From: Nemertoderma westbladi
Taxonomy: Eukaryota > Animalia > Xenacoelomorpha
DNA length: 64,000 nt
Direction: 5' to 3'
NCBI GenBank assembly: GCA_032718475.1
Contig: JAUCBJ010007509.1
Location: 6,086-70,085, forward strand
Every line of letters starts with the position of its first letter. Positions within the stretch are counted from its first letter, which is position 1. Below the pieces are notes generated by a model. That model ran no database searches. It was not told where the DNA came from and saw nothing but the letters and a program-made list of their open reading frames with translations. Below, piece after piece: positions 34,779 through 46,160 of the stretch. The translations under genes and the position numbers were made by a program.

Positions 34779-35822
34779 TCAATCTGATACTGTTTTTATA
34801 TGTTCCTTATTGTAATCTGCTACCTCTTCACTTGCTTTTGTAACTTTTATTTTCTTTGTAGGTATAGAATCATTGTTGGGAATGGAAGATGTTTGAGATG
34901 TAGATCTGCGCTTTCTATCACTCGAGGTCTCTTCGATGTATGTCTTTGGATTAAATGTGGATGAAACTACTTCTGGAAATGACTTATTAACCTTAAACTT
35001 CCAAGTTGGTGGATATAGAATCGCGAAACCGTCTGTTATATCAGTTGATGAAACATTTAACATCATATCGTAGAGAAACTCTATATATGGTATGTCTTTA
35101 TCGTAATGTAACTGTAAATATTTGCTTTCCTTGTCTGTAATAATTACTTTTTTTTCTTGTACATTTATTTTTACTTTAAGTCGGTCAGATAAAGCTTTAT
35201 CGTCCGTATCTAGCTCTGAAAAGACACCTTCGTTACTAATTTCATAATTCCATTCATACCACAATGAATTTACTTCCGATGCTGTTAAGTTAAACCCATT
35301 ATAATACCTAAGACCAATAGCATCAGAATATCTAGCTGAAATCTCCCATAGTCCCATATAAGTCGCTCCTTTATATTTGCTTACAAAACCAACAAAAGAT
35401 GGGTTGGTTAAATTAACAACAGAACACTGATTTATTATTTCGAGTGGTGGTGATAACAATTCTAATATTTCTGTCTTACTCTGAAGCAATAAATTAATGA
35501 GTGATTTGTTTAGAATTTGACATTTGCCTTGCTTCTGAATATATACGTTTTCAGTAATAACACAGGTGGAAATATTTAACTTTCCTCTTGCAAATTCTAT
35601 ATTAGGATAAATATTACCTCTTGAAACTGGTGATTCCTTTTGTCGGTTGATTAATATTTCTAAGACGTCTAGAAGGTAGAGTGTATCCTGGTAAGAGAAG
35701 CACGTTGTTACATTGCTATCGCTTGAGAGTAATATAAGGTACTTGCCATAAACAATACTACAGGTATATTTATTAAATGTAAATTTCCAAGTATTGCTTG
35801 AAGTTTTTTTAAATAAATCCAT
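34779..35822 (-). CDS. Polinton protein with a possible PC4/Sub1-like ssDNA-binding domain (347 aa)
   Basis: Intact ORF; FVGFVSKYKGATYMGLWEI..YNGFNLTASEVNSL resembles PC4 (VTVSEFKG..IREYY..KGISLT.EQW..L); NLS-like RKRR and KKIK in the tail. Confidence 0.55.
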   Translation of the reverse strand: MDLFKKTSSNTWKFTFNKYTCSIVYGKYLILLSSDSNVTTCFSYQDTLYLLDVLEILINRQKESPVSRGNIYPNIEFARGKLNISTCVITENVYIQKQGKCQILNKSLINLLLQSKTEILELLSPPLEIINQCSVVNLTNPSFVGFVSKYKGATYMGLWEISARYSDAIGLRYYNGFNLTASEVNSLWYEWNYEISNEGVFSELDTDDKALSDRLKVKINVQEKKVIITDKESKYLQLHYDKDIPYIEFLYDMMLNVSSTDITDGFAILYPPTWKFKVNKSFPEVVSSTFNPKTYIEETSSDRKRRSTSQTSSIPNNDSIPTKKIKVTKASEEVADYNKEHIKTVSD

Positions 35823-36261
35823 AATTAGAATGAAAACTATTTTGAAAAATAAAAACTAAATAAATGATTATTAGAATGTAAAACTTCGGTTTATATGCTT
35901 GCTTTAATAAAACAGAGTGACTTACAGTGAGGAATATAGTTGCTTCGTGTAACAGATGCAACGTGTACAGCTAAATTTATTACATTAGCGTGAGTTAGAG
36001 AGTGAAATAGCAGTAACGTGTAACAGATGCAACGTGATCAATGCTAGCCCTGTCATTCTAACTTATATTCAACTTAGTTGATCGACCAGTTACATCGATA
36101 AAAGAAATCGATTATTATTAATAGTCGAATTAATGTATTCTACGCTATAGTAATTATGTTAAGGAACTAGAAGCTATTTATAAACATCTGCTACCTGTGA
36201 TGAAGATGAAGAATTCAATGACTATGGTATAACTCAGATATTTATCGCCTTTTTCTCTCGA

Positions 36262-36335
36262 GGTTGGATGGAAGAGTGATTGGTGAGTTGTGAGGAGTTA
36301 TATCGGTCCCGGGTTCGAACCCTGTTGAATATTTT
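36262..36335 (+). promoter_or_regulatory. tRNA-like Pol III internal promoter inside the Polinton
   Basis: A-box-like GGATGGAAGAGTGA (~36266), B-box GGTTCGAACCC (36312-36322) in GGTCCCGGGTTCGAACCCTG context, TTTT at 36332. Confidence 0.5.
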
Positions 36336-36336
36336 G

Positions 36337-36964
36337 TTATCTGAAAAATTGCAAAATTAAATTTAGTTACTAGTGAAAAATAGCGATTTGAAAAATAATA
36401 GAAGTTACCTGATGCTAAGTGTAGACACCCGAACACCTGTAAAATAAAGGTTGGTGATTGGATGCAGTACTAGCGTTGGGTGACTAATAACGCTTATCTG
36501 AAAAATTGCAAAATTAAATTTAGTTACTAGTGAAAAATAGCGATTTGAAAAATAATAGAAGTTACCTGATGCTAAGTGTAGACACTCGAACACCTGTAAA
36601 ATAAAGGTTGGTGATTGGAGGCAGTACTAGCGTTGGGTGACTAATAACGCTTATCTGAAAAATTGCAAAATTAAATTTAGTTACTAGTGAAAAATAGCGA
36701 TTTGAAAAATAATAGAAGTTACCTGATGCTAAGTGTAGACACTCGAACACCTGTAAAATAAAGGTTGGTGATTGGATGCAGTACTAGCGTTGGGTGACTA
36801 ATAACGCTTATCTGAAAAATTGCAAAATTAAATTTAGTTACTAGTGAAAAATAGCGATTTGAAAAATAATAGAAGTTACCTGATGCTAAGTGTAGACACT
36901 CGAACACCTGTAAAATAAAGGTTGGTGATTGGATGCAGTACTAGCGTTGGGTGACTAATAACGC
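36337..36964. repeat. Four near-identical 157-bp tandem units overlapping the inner part of the right TIR
   Basis: Units start at 36337, 36494, 36651 and 36808; only isolated substitutions between them. Confidence 0.97.
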
Positions 36965-37158
36965 CTCTAGCGGAAGATGCGGGAACTTGAGAAGTTACCA
37001 TGGTTACGGATGAAATGCTGACATCTGATTGGTTGAAATAATAACGACCACTGCAAAAGGTTGAAATGGTGGCTTCTGATTGGCTGCAGTACCAGAAATG
37101 GATGGTAATGATGGGCTACGGGTGACTTTGTGCGGAGGGGCTAGCATCCTATACTACT
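36844..37158 (-). repeat. Polinton right TIR (315 bp)
   Basis: Ends ...GGGGCTAGCATCCTATACTACT; inverted copy of 19037-19361. Confidence 0.95.
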
Positions 37159-37164
37159 GACGTT

Positions 37165-38368
37165 TCGACCTATAAGGCCAGCTGATTCAAATGCTGTCAT
37201 TCGACCACCGGTTCAGTTTACATCGCAATCTACGACTTCGAGGAAGACTTGTGAGCCTACCGAACAACGGAGACCAGTGGATACGCGACAGTTCAACCAG
37301 TTTACATCGCAATCTACGACTTCGAGGAAGACTTGTGAGCCTACCGAACAATGGAGATCAGTGGACGATGTTCCGAAACGAAACGTTAGAATTTGTATGA
37401 CGCAACGGACGCGAGCACGTCGACCACCATATCCAGATGATAGTAGTACTTCGAGCGAATCGGATTACCCGAAACGCGAGGTATTTAGAACAGGGGCGGC
37501 CGATGAATATAAACGCGAGCGTTCAGACAACTCCTTTGTAGACAATCCTCCACAGAATACACCAACACAGAAGGCGTTACAACCAACGGACGCAATCAGT
37601 ACACAACAGTTCGCCGACATCCTGCGACCAGTTGTTAACAAGTTGGCTCAGATCGAGGAACGCTTGCAGGAAGTTCACACCAACAGTTCGAGAAATTCCG
37701 AATTCGAACACAATAGAAACCCAAAGGTTCCGCAAAGACAAATACCATCGACCAATACTTCATATCAGGGAAAAGCGCCAAGAAGGGACATCAACCAGAT
37801 TACCAACCAAGGACGCGAAACTCTGAACGTTGCCGAGGAAATAGCGAAATTCGCAGCTAGACAAGGACTACCGGTGCAACAACCACCTAAGTTTTCCGGT
37901 AGCTCAAAACACTGGCACACTTTCATAGACTATATCGAATCTCAGATCGCCGTGTGCGCCTTTACATCACGGGAGAAGTTTAATTACCTGCTTCAAACGT
38001 TGTCGGGAGAACCTAAACGTTTGGCGGAGACCTTCGTTGGTGTACCGGACGCCTTCGAACTAGCGTACGATCGTTTAACTTCGATCTACAGAGGTACAGT
38101 CAGCATGGCCAGGTCAGTGATAGAGGAACTCTGTAAGGGAGGGGCTATTACTAAACCCGTCGACTTATTGAAACTGGCTGACGAAATAAAGAACGCTATC
38201 ACTACTTTGAGATCCATTGGACAACTTGACTACGGGAATACCCCTACAGTCCTATTAAAGATCATAGGACGACTCCACCATCGACTTCGTCGGGAGTGGA
38301 GGAAGATCGAATACCAGCGGGAAGAGCGGGGTGGATTCTTAAAACTGGAAGATGTGTACAACAAGTAA
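37165..38368 (+). pseudogene. gag: BEL/Pao gag, 3' part (DUF1759-like domain), truncated
   Basis: PPKFSGSSKHWHTFIDYIES..EKFNYLLQTLSGEPKRL..AYDRLTSIY; in-frame 84-bp duplication at 37214/37298; no pol or 3' LTR follows. Confidence 0.88.
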
Positions 38369-38789
38369 ATAAAAAAAAGGGCCTGTTCTGCAAAAGCTTT
38401 AAATGTACTATATTCGCACGCACCAGCCAGTTATCAACAAGCAGAAACGTGATCGGCGCAAGTTTGTTGTGCTGCTTTCCAGTGGTTAGTTAGTATGTAT
38501 CAGCCCCAACACACTTTGCCAGTTCTTCTCCTTTGGGAACTTCACTCTACTGTCGTCCTGCTAGCTTGAGCATCCTGAGAAAACCTGCTGTATTGGGGCG
38601 AAACCTACTGATCAGCTGTCTGCAGTCAGCTGATCACTGATTACATGCATGTCTGGGTCTCCAGTCGATTTTTATTTACTTGTTGTACATACCTACCAGT
38701 ATGGTTATTTACTATTTTAGTAGCTTGACGTTTAAATATAAATAAAATATAATTATCAACTTTTCAAGCTTTCCTTACTACTGCTTAAT

Positions 38790-39221
38790 CTTCAGAAAGA
38801 TGGAGTGTGTGTGAACTGAACTGGACCTTGGAACTGACAAAATCACTTGAACAAAGAATTGAGGGGTGCTACACAAGACTACTAAGGGCAGCCCTAAACA
38901 TCAGCTGGAGACAACACATGATAAATGCCAATCTCTGTGGTACAATACCACCTGTATCAATAACCCTCCGTCAATGCAGATTGAGATTCAGTGGGCACTG
39001 CTGGAGAAGCAAAGCCGAAGTCATATCAGATCTACTTTTCTGGAAACCAACACATGGAAAGAGTACCTGTGGATGACCGACTACAACATATAGACCAGCT
39101 GGAAAGGGACACTGAACTTCAGAGAAACGAAATTGCGACAACTATGGAGAATTGGGAAGCCTGGAAGGATCTCGTTTCCACTGTTCGAAATCACTCGACC
39201 TAGTAGTAGTAAGTAGTAGTA
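38790..39221 (+). mobile_element. 5'-truncated RTE-clade LINE 3' end
   Basis: WTL..RIEGCYTRLLRAALNISW..RLRFSGHCWR..LLFWKP..IDQLERDT, followed by a (TAG)n tail. Confidence 0.85.
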
Positions 39222-39259
39222 CACATTATAAAGGCTCTTGCTAGGCTTCCATAGGATGG

Positions 39260-39530
39260 TAAAATCAACGAGAATGTTATCTTACTTGTGGATGAGATGA
39301 AGTTAGTGAAGGAAGCTTCATATAATCTGATAGATTTTGTTGGTTTGGGCAATGATGGTAACTTTTACACTATAATAGTCTGTTTTATGTTTGTTGATTT
39401 AAATAGTAATATCCTTTATTGTCTGCGCATTACCTGTTACTTCAGCTACTGCAGCTTTGATATTAAAGAGTTTCTTGGAGCAGTGGAAAATGTGACCAAT
39501 TCAAAATTATCTACTAGAATGATCTAGATA
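39260..39530 (+). pseudogene. P-element/THAP9-like transposase fragment
   Basis: VILLVDEMKL..SYN..FVGLG..VCFMFVDL..ITCYF resembles the first catalytic Asp region of P transposases. Confidence 0.55.
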
Positions 39531-40176
39531 GGATCCTATAATTCACCAGTCAACACTTCGACATTTAAGAAATTATATAAACATTATCCAGTGGAAAACC
39601 CATTGCCTACTGAGATAAATAGAGTTATCAGATAGATATAAAGGTCATAAAATTTACCTGCAGTATGATCCAGAACATTTCGTTGAAAACATTTGAAAGA
39701 GTTTAGCGATTGGAAAGTTGATAGACGAGTTCAGAGTATTGCTGCATTCAAAGAGTGACAATGTAAGGAGACTGAGAAGAAGTGAACTCAACTGACCTGA
39801 CATACAATGATATTTTTTATTTTTATTAATAATTATCAATATTTTATTATAGTGTCCATATTTTGGGCCCTTGTTAATTTTTCTAAGAGGGATTAACTTT
39901 GAGGTTCGAACAATGTTGCCTTTCTGAAAGTTCACATGCTCTCAAATATTAATTAATTAATTTTCAAACATTTTCAAATTATGAATTTATTAATTTTCAT
40001 ATTCGCTCTGCAAATTTAGTTGGGTTAATAATTTTTAGTTGGGTCGTATATATCGTATAACTAGTACCTCACACTAACTCTGCAAAATGTGCAATGTGGC
40101 TTAGACTTAAGTAGAGAAAAGGCACACAAAATATCAATATGCTCTTGATTTTTAGTACACACTTCATTTGGTGAAG

Positions 40177-40535
40177 GGGAGGCGGGGTAGCTCAGTTGGT
40201 TGAGCGCCGGGCCTGCAATCTATTGGTTGTACTACTAGGATCGGCATGCTGCATTGCAGCTGCATTTTTAAGAATGCTGTGCCGTCTTATCGACAAAATT
40301 GCACCGCCACAACTCCCTATCACCCATGACATTTGCTTGTATTGGTTGTAGGTTCAGCCCCGCCAGGGTCCACTCAGCCTTTCATCCACTGGGGTCGATA
40401 AAATGAGTACCAGTTAAATAACTGGGAGCAAATCTTGGGATAGGAGTAGCGACCACCCCTACGCTCAGGTAGCAGCTATCGAAAGAAGAGCCTTCGGGTC
40501 GCCTCCGGCTTCGGCCGACTGTTTGCTTTTTTTTT
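40177..40535 (+). mobile_element. tRNA-headed SINE with Nin/Deu-type core, interrupted by a LINE fragment
   Basis: A-box TAGCTCAGTTGG, core CACTCAGCCTTTCATCC..GGGGTCGATAAAATGAGTACCAG, T-rich end; 108-bp insert at 40232-40339. Confidence 0.75.
40232..40339 (-). mobile_element. Short RTE-like LINE 3' end with 11-bp TSD
   Basis: Flanked by TATTGGTTGTA (40221-40231 and 40340-40350); similar to 59223-59320. Confidence 0.75.
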
Positions 40536-40849
40536 CACTCGGTGAAATGTTGATTATAACTTGACAAAGACCCTATTAAAACTATTAAAATGTTGACAGA
40601 ACATAACACATTGATTTCGCAAATGAAATCAAAAATGAAAAAGACAAAAATAGATACTTTTCAACAAAAAGGTCAAAGCAAGCTTTTGCATGCTTCTTAA
40701 AATTATATAGCCGATGATAAATAAGCCAACTGTATTTCAATAATATTTCATTGAATTTGCTTTAATTTATGTACACCCAACAACTTTCATCATATCAACA
40801 CAGTCTCCACTCATGCATTGTTGGTTGGCGGTTTTGTGGGACCGAAAGG

Positions 40850-40945
40850 TGAGGGCTGGTAGTGTCTGAAAGTGGCGGGGCTGCTGGTTGCTGGTGTCTG
40901 AAAGTGGTGGGGCTGCTGGTGTCTGAAAGTGGAGGGCTGCTGGTG
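40850..40945. repeat. ~25-bp minisatellite GGTGTCTGAAAGTGGNGGGGCTGCT
   Basis: Three to four copies visible. Confidence 0.8.
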
Positions 40946-41974
40946 CCTAAATTCCATGGAGCCCGGCAGTACATAAGGATTGTTTATTTTTTAATAAAAT
41001 TTGTTATTTGGTATCTCTTCTAATAGCGTTGTTTGCGCTGCCGTTAGAGGAGTAAAAGGGGGTTGGTTGGGGCGCAGGTTCCAGCAATATTTGTTTCTGT
41101 CACAATCTCCCAAAAGCTCAAATTCCTCCGTTGCGATAAAGGTGGAGGCTGTGCCAAGGGTTGAGTGGCCAAGGGTGGTGACGGAGGGTGCTCTTCGGTT
41201 GGCACCAAGGGAGCAGAGCGGTTTGATTGTATCGCCCCATAAGATAGAATACCTCCAATAATGACTACAGTAACAGCAGATAGTAATTATTTAATAAAAA
41301 GTGTGCGAAAATTGAGTACACTACGACTTGTTTAAAACGTATGATATCAAATGATCGACAATAGACTCTTTTTAAGAGGCCATTTCAAAAAAATCTGTTA
41401 GGTTGTATAAATATAGTAGTAGTAGTCCATGCACCTACTCATAAAAAAATAACACATTCTTAAATTTTGTGTATTTATTAAATAGAGGCCTCCAGCGAAA
41501 ACCATAATTCTTAAAATATTTGATCGTCTATACCTCAGCTGTATCTCAACGAAATTCAGATATTGTTACATATTTCGAATCCTTGCCAATGTAAGCATTC
41601 TAATGATATGATAAAAATTACTACCAATGTGTAGAATTACCATGATACCGAGGTTGCGATTTCGCAAAAGGCACTATACACCATAGTGCCTTATATTATA
41701 TGGTCACTATATTGATTCAGTTGATGGACCAGTATTGTTAGTCACTTTTACTGTATATGTTAGAGCAATACAGATAGGGTTAGACTCATATCATTATTGT
41801 ATAACAGTGAGAATACAATCTGATTCCTGTATTCAAGAATATTTACTGTGCACAAGGTATTCAATGGAAATATTACATTGTTGCACGATTGGTAAAACAG
41901 TAAAATGAAATATATTAAATAAAATAGTGATTCAGAAATTCAGTATTTAAAATATATTAATAGTAACAATATTT

Positions 41975-42680
41975 TCACACACAACTATCTGAAAGAGAGT
42001 GGAATGGTGTGGTGCTGCTGCACAGTTTATGACGTAAACTGTGGTAAGTCATTCTCTTTACAACGTGGTGATTTCTCTGTCCCGGTTTTCTCCTAGTACT
42101 CCAGTGTATTGCTGGTCCTTCAGGGAATCCCTCCGCGATAAAGTTTTCCTGCCGCCGCTCAGTACGGAACGCCCTATAAGCTTCGATAACCTCCGTTTTA
42201 AAAAGACCTGGTGACTTAGAGAGGATATCGTAGGTTATTGTGCTCTCCCCGACCAGATTTAGGGCGAGTGTGTGTTGAGGATGTTGGAAGATGTAATCCC
42301 AGCATTCTTTAATAAAGGTCACCTTTACTTTCTCTCTCCTTCAGGTTTTTCAGAGTGAGAAATGGTCCTATTTCGGTCATTGCATATACCGCGGGGTTAA
42401 TCTTTATCCTGAAAATTCGCATCCCAGTTTCAACAGAAACGAGATGGAGTTTGCTTAACGAACCTATTATCATGCAACACTTTTTCTTTTTTGTTTCAAC
42501 ATTTTTACTTAATGAGTGCGCCGTTTTAATAGTTACCCCCAAACACTCATACTCATTTGTCACTGTAACTCTCTTCCCTGTGTATGTAAACACATCTGTT
42601 CGGGGGAGAGGACGGCCCTTTTGGAATTATATAATTTTTGTCTTTTTTAAATTGACCTTCGTGTCGTGTCAGTGCATATA
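41975..42680 (-). pseudogene. Degenerate non-LTR retrotransposon RT C-terminal fragment
   Basis: KVNLKKTKII..VTNEYECLGVTI..IFRIKINPAVYAM matches the post-catalytic RT region of LINEs. Confidence 0.6.
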
Positions 42681-42745
42681 GAAACCAGACGATTCTGAGA
42701 AAAAATAATTTTTGAGTTATGTATTGCATAAGAAGCGCATTTTAA

Positions 42746-42960
42746 TTACCTTTCTAAAGCACCTACCCACATGTCATTGCGACTCACAGTTCAAAAGTTA
42801 CACAATAAATAGTGAAAGTATATGAAAGGAAAATTTGAAAGGAAAAATCTTTTACCTTTCTAAAGCACCTACCCACATGTCATTGCGACTCACAGTTCAA
42901 AAGTTACACAATAAATAGTGAAAGTATATGAAAGGAAAATTTGAAAGGAAAAATCTTTTT
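42746..42960. repeat. 106-bp perfect tandem duplication
   Basis: TTACCTTTCTAAAGCACC... begins at 42746 and 42852. Confidence 0.9.
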
Positions 42961-43531
42961 ATCTGTCTGACTGTCTGTCAAATATATAACAGCATTCTAG
43001 CTAACTAAAATGTTGTAGTGGGGGTATATCTGGTCGGATATTTCATTTCCGATGTAATGTTTCATGCTTGAAGAAATCTAGACTGTATCTGGGTCTGTCT
43101 GTCTGTCGTTCTGTCTGTAGGGTCTGTCTGTCAAAAAATTAAGCTTCCCCCACAATGTAATATTAGATTTGGAAACCACTGTATTAACTCATATCTTTGT
43201 TCGTCGACAAAATTGCAATATTCAGTCAGTGTATTAGTGTAGCTTGGGAAGGGTTCGAGGCTTGGGTTCGGGCTGCAGTTTTAGATTATTTCTACACACT
43301 TGGCCAATGAAATGGCGGCAAATGGTTGCTCCTTCTGGCCAGCAGGAAGGTTCGAATATACTACTGTTGCAGATGCTATGTTTGGACAAACTACGTGAAT
43401 CCAGTAAACCTGCTTTGGAACAGGAGCCCATCGCTACTACAATACCGGGTCGAGTTGATCTTCGTTTCTCTGATGGATTATGTAGGGGTCTCATTTACGC
43501 GGCTTCTGCAGTACACTGAAAAATCGTACCA

Positions 43532-44020
43532 GGTTCTTTTTTAAAAAACCTCTGGTTTTCGAAAATAACCTCAGGTTAATTTGGTGAATTTTTGACCTGC
43601 GGTTAATTCGAGGAACCAGAGGTTTATCGATTTAAAGATAACCTGTGGTTAAATTTAATAAATTAAACCTCAGGTTGTTTTCGTATAACAACCAGTGGTT
43701 GTGCTTAAGATCAAGTGGTGTTTCAGGTTTCAAAATAAATGGTTTAACCTGCGTTTAATGTGGATAAACTGGTGTTTCAGGTTTCAAATAAATGATTTAA
43801 CCTGAATGGTTAAATGAAGTGTTGGCTTTTGGAGCAGGACGACCTCGAGCATCTAATGGAAGCAGTCGTGTGCTTCCAAATATACGATACGACAACATTG
43901 GGAATTATCTTGTGCCTACTGTAGATAAAAAGAAGCGGCGCTGTGCAGGATCTAACTGCACAACAAGGATGCATTACCATGTGCAACAAGTGCGATCTTG
44001 GTTTATGTCTCTACTGCAAA
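43532..44020 (+). mobile_element. Composite repeat copy 1: AACC/GGTT-rich CACTG-type transposon end plus piggyBac C-terminal Cys-rich fragment
   Basis: Preceded by CACTGAAAAA (43514); RYDNIGNYLV..KRRCAGSNC, then frameshifted MCNKCDLGLCLYC. Confidence 0.65.
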
Positions 44021-44369
44021 ATAATCTTATACTAAATTAGTACTCAATTATACTTAAAATTATCTTAACCAAATAATCTTATAATTTTCTATAAACCGAA
44101 TAATTTCTTGAATTATAATATATATTTTATCTTATTATATCTTATATCTATATTTCCATGCATTTTTTTAACTCTGAAAAATTTGATTAGTGAAATGTCC
44201 AAGCGTGCACTATAGTGCACAGATATTTCCAAAAACAGAAATTAGAAAAACAATTTTTTTTCAATTTACTTTGATACATTTACCTAGTTATATACCATTT
44301 TTGTTTTCTTGGCTCCTTGAAAAGTTAATTCAGGATAATTGTTTAATTATTTCGTTTCAATTTATTATA

Positions 44370-44961
44370 ATGCAACCACCACCCGTTGTCGATGGGCGCA
44401 GTCACATGGAAAGAGAGGGGGTCGATATTGTCGATGGGCGCAGCGTACCTTTAAAACCTGTAGTATATAAAAAATCTTCGGAAGTAATTATTGAAAAATT
44501 GAATGAAGTACAGGTACTTGTAAACCAAAAAGCGATTCTAAGCATGTTGGCTGCAACGAAAAGGAACGAATCGAATTGTGGAGAACTGAATCGAATTACT
44601 TTTAACCTGCCTCTCCGCTCTCTTTCAGACATGGATGCCCTGGAATCTCTATTATTAAATGACGATAACGTCCGAAACATTTGTTAAACAGTTATCCGCT
44701 ATAGGTGGCCGAAATGTAGGGGATACTGTTCGTGCAGTATTGCGAGTCATTTTCGCGGATGGTTGTGCAGTAAACCTAAACTGGTGTGGGACAGGCGGTA
44801 AACGAGGTATGAAAGATACCATCCTGGTAAAACTAATTACTGAATCTGTAGTCGGATCATTGTATTATACTACTGAATATGGTTATTGTGGTATACACCG
44901 GGATATCAAGGAATGGATGAAGCATGCTAAGGATAGAATAAAACAAACAATAGCAAAATAA
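44370..44961 (+). pseudogene. DUF4806-like C-terminal domain of an EnSpm accessory protein (frameshifted)
   Basis: LPLRSLSDMDALESLL / LSAIGG..TVRAVLRVIF..LNWCGTGGKR..IKEWMKHAKDR. Confidence 0.7.
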
Positions 44962-45409
44962 CAGCAATAAACATTTAATTTAGTAAAATTAATAATTAAT
45001 TAATCTTTACTAATTTTATTTGTGCTATGAGTCATTATACAATTGATCGTTACATTGTCATATATATATCAAGATATTGTTTACACCTTTACTAATTGGA
45101 AGCTATTTTATTCATTTTACTTACCGACCCAGAAACTAAATCTTGAATGGGTTTGGCGGATGCAATAAGGGCTAATACTTATTTTACGTATCACTTTTTT
45201 GGAAGAATTTTGACTCCCCCCCCCCCCCCCCTCTCTTGTCACAAAGTGTTATGATAGCTCGGACGTAAAAATTGAGTAATTGAAAGTTAATGGCATTTCA
45301 TGGTCAAAAAATATCCTCATGTTTTCTTAGGTTCAATCCTTCCCTCATGTGACATGATTGAATCGCAATTTGCAGTATTGTGGTATGGTTATAGTATAGA
45401 TTTATAGAA

Positions 45410-45694
45410 AAGGACGTGTAAATGACGTGTTGGAATAAATGTAGAATACGTCTACAAGACGTCTAGCGACGTCTTGAGGACATCAGAAGGACGTGTTAGG
45501 GACGTCAATCCACTCCTTTTCGAGACGTCATTTGGACGTCAATCCACTCCTTTTCGAGACGTCATTTAAAAGACGTCTTTATGATGTGTTGAACACTAGC
45601 AAAATGACGTCTTGGTGGACGTCATTAATAAAGACGTCATCGTCCAAATATGGCGGCATATTGACTTCAATATGACGTACTAGTGTGCATAGGG
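45410..45694. mobile_element. EnSpm-type right end with GACGTC subterminal array
   Basis: More than 10 GACGT(C) motifs ending in GTACTAGTGTGCATAGGG; includes a 34-bp tandem duplication at ~45500-45567. Confidence 0.7.
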
Positions 45695-45695
45695 T

Positions 45696-46160
45696 GGTTC
45701 TTTTTTAAAAAACCTCTGGTTTTCGAAAATAACCTCAGGTTAATTTAGTTTTTTGACCTGCGGTTAATTCGATGAACCAGAGGTTTATCGATTTAAAGAT
45801 AACCTGTGGTTAAATTTAATAAATTAAACCTCAGGTTGTTTTCGTATAACAAACCAGTGGTTGTGCTTAAGATCAAGTGGTGTTTCAGGTTTCAAAATAA
45901 ATGGTTTAACCTGCGTTTAATGTGGATAAACTGGTGTTTCAGGTTTCAAATAAATGATTTAACCTGAATGGTTAAATGAAGTGTTGGCTTTAGGAGCAGG
46001 TCGACCTCGAGCATCTAATGGAAGCAGTCGTGTGCTTCCAAATATACGATACGACAACATTGGGAATGATCTTGTGCCTACTGTAGATAAAAAGAAGCGG
46101 CGATGTGCAGGATCTAACTGCACAACAAGGATGCAATACCATGTGCAACAAGTGGGATCG
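45696..46160 (+). repeat. Composite repeat copy 2 (direct repeat of 43532-44000)
   Basis: Nearly identical ~465-bp copy including the piggyBac fragment. Confidence 0.9.

Larger units (their letters stand above)
19037..37158. mobile_element. Full-length Polinton/Maverick (endogenous polintovirus), 18122 bp
   Basis: AGTAGT...ACTACT termini, ~320-bp TIRs, 6-bp TSD GATGTT (19031-19036) / GACGTT (37159-37164); pPolB, integrase, ATPase, adenain, major and minor capsid genes all present. Confidence 0.98.

Noticed and set aside
36242-36907. Four near-identical 62-64-aa ORFs
   Set aside because: Products of the 157-bp tandem repeat with non-ATG starts; no coding evidence.
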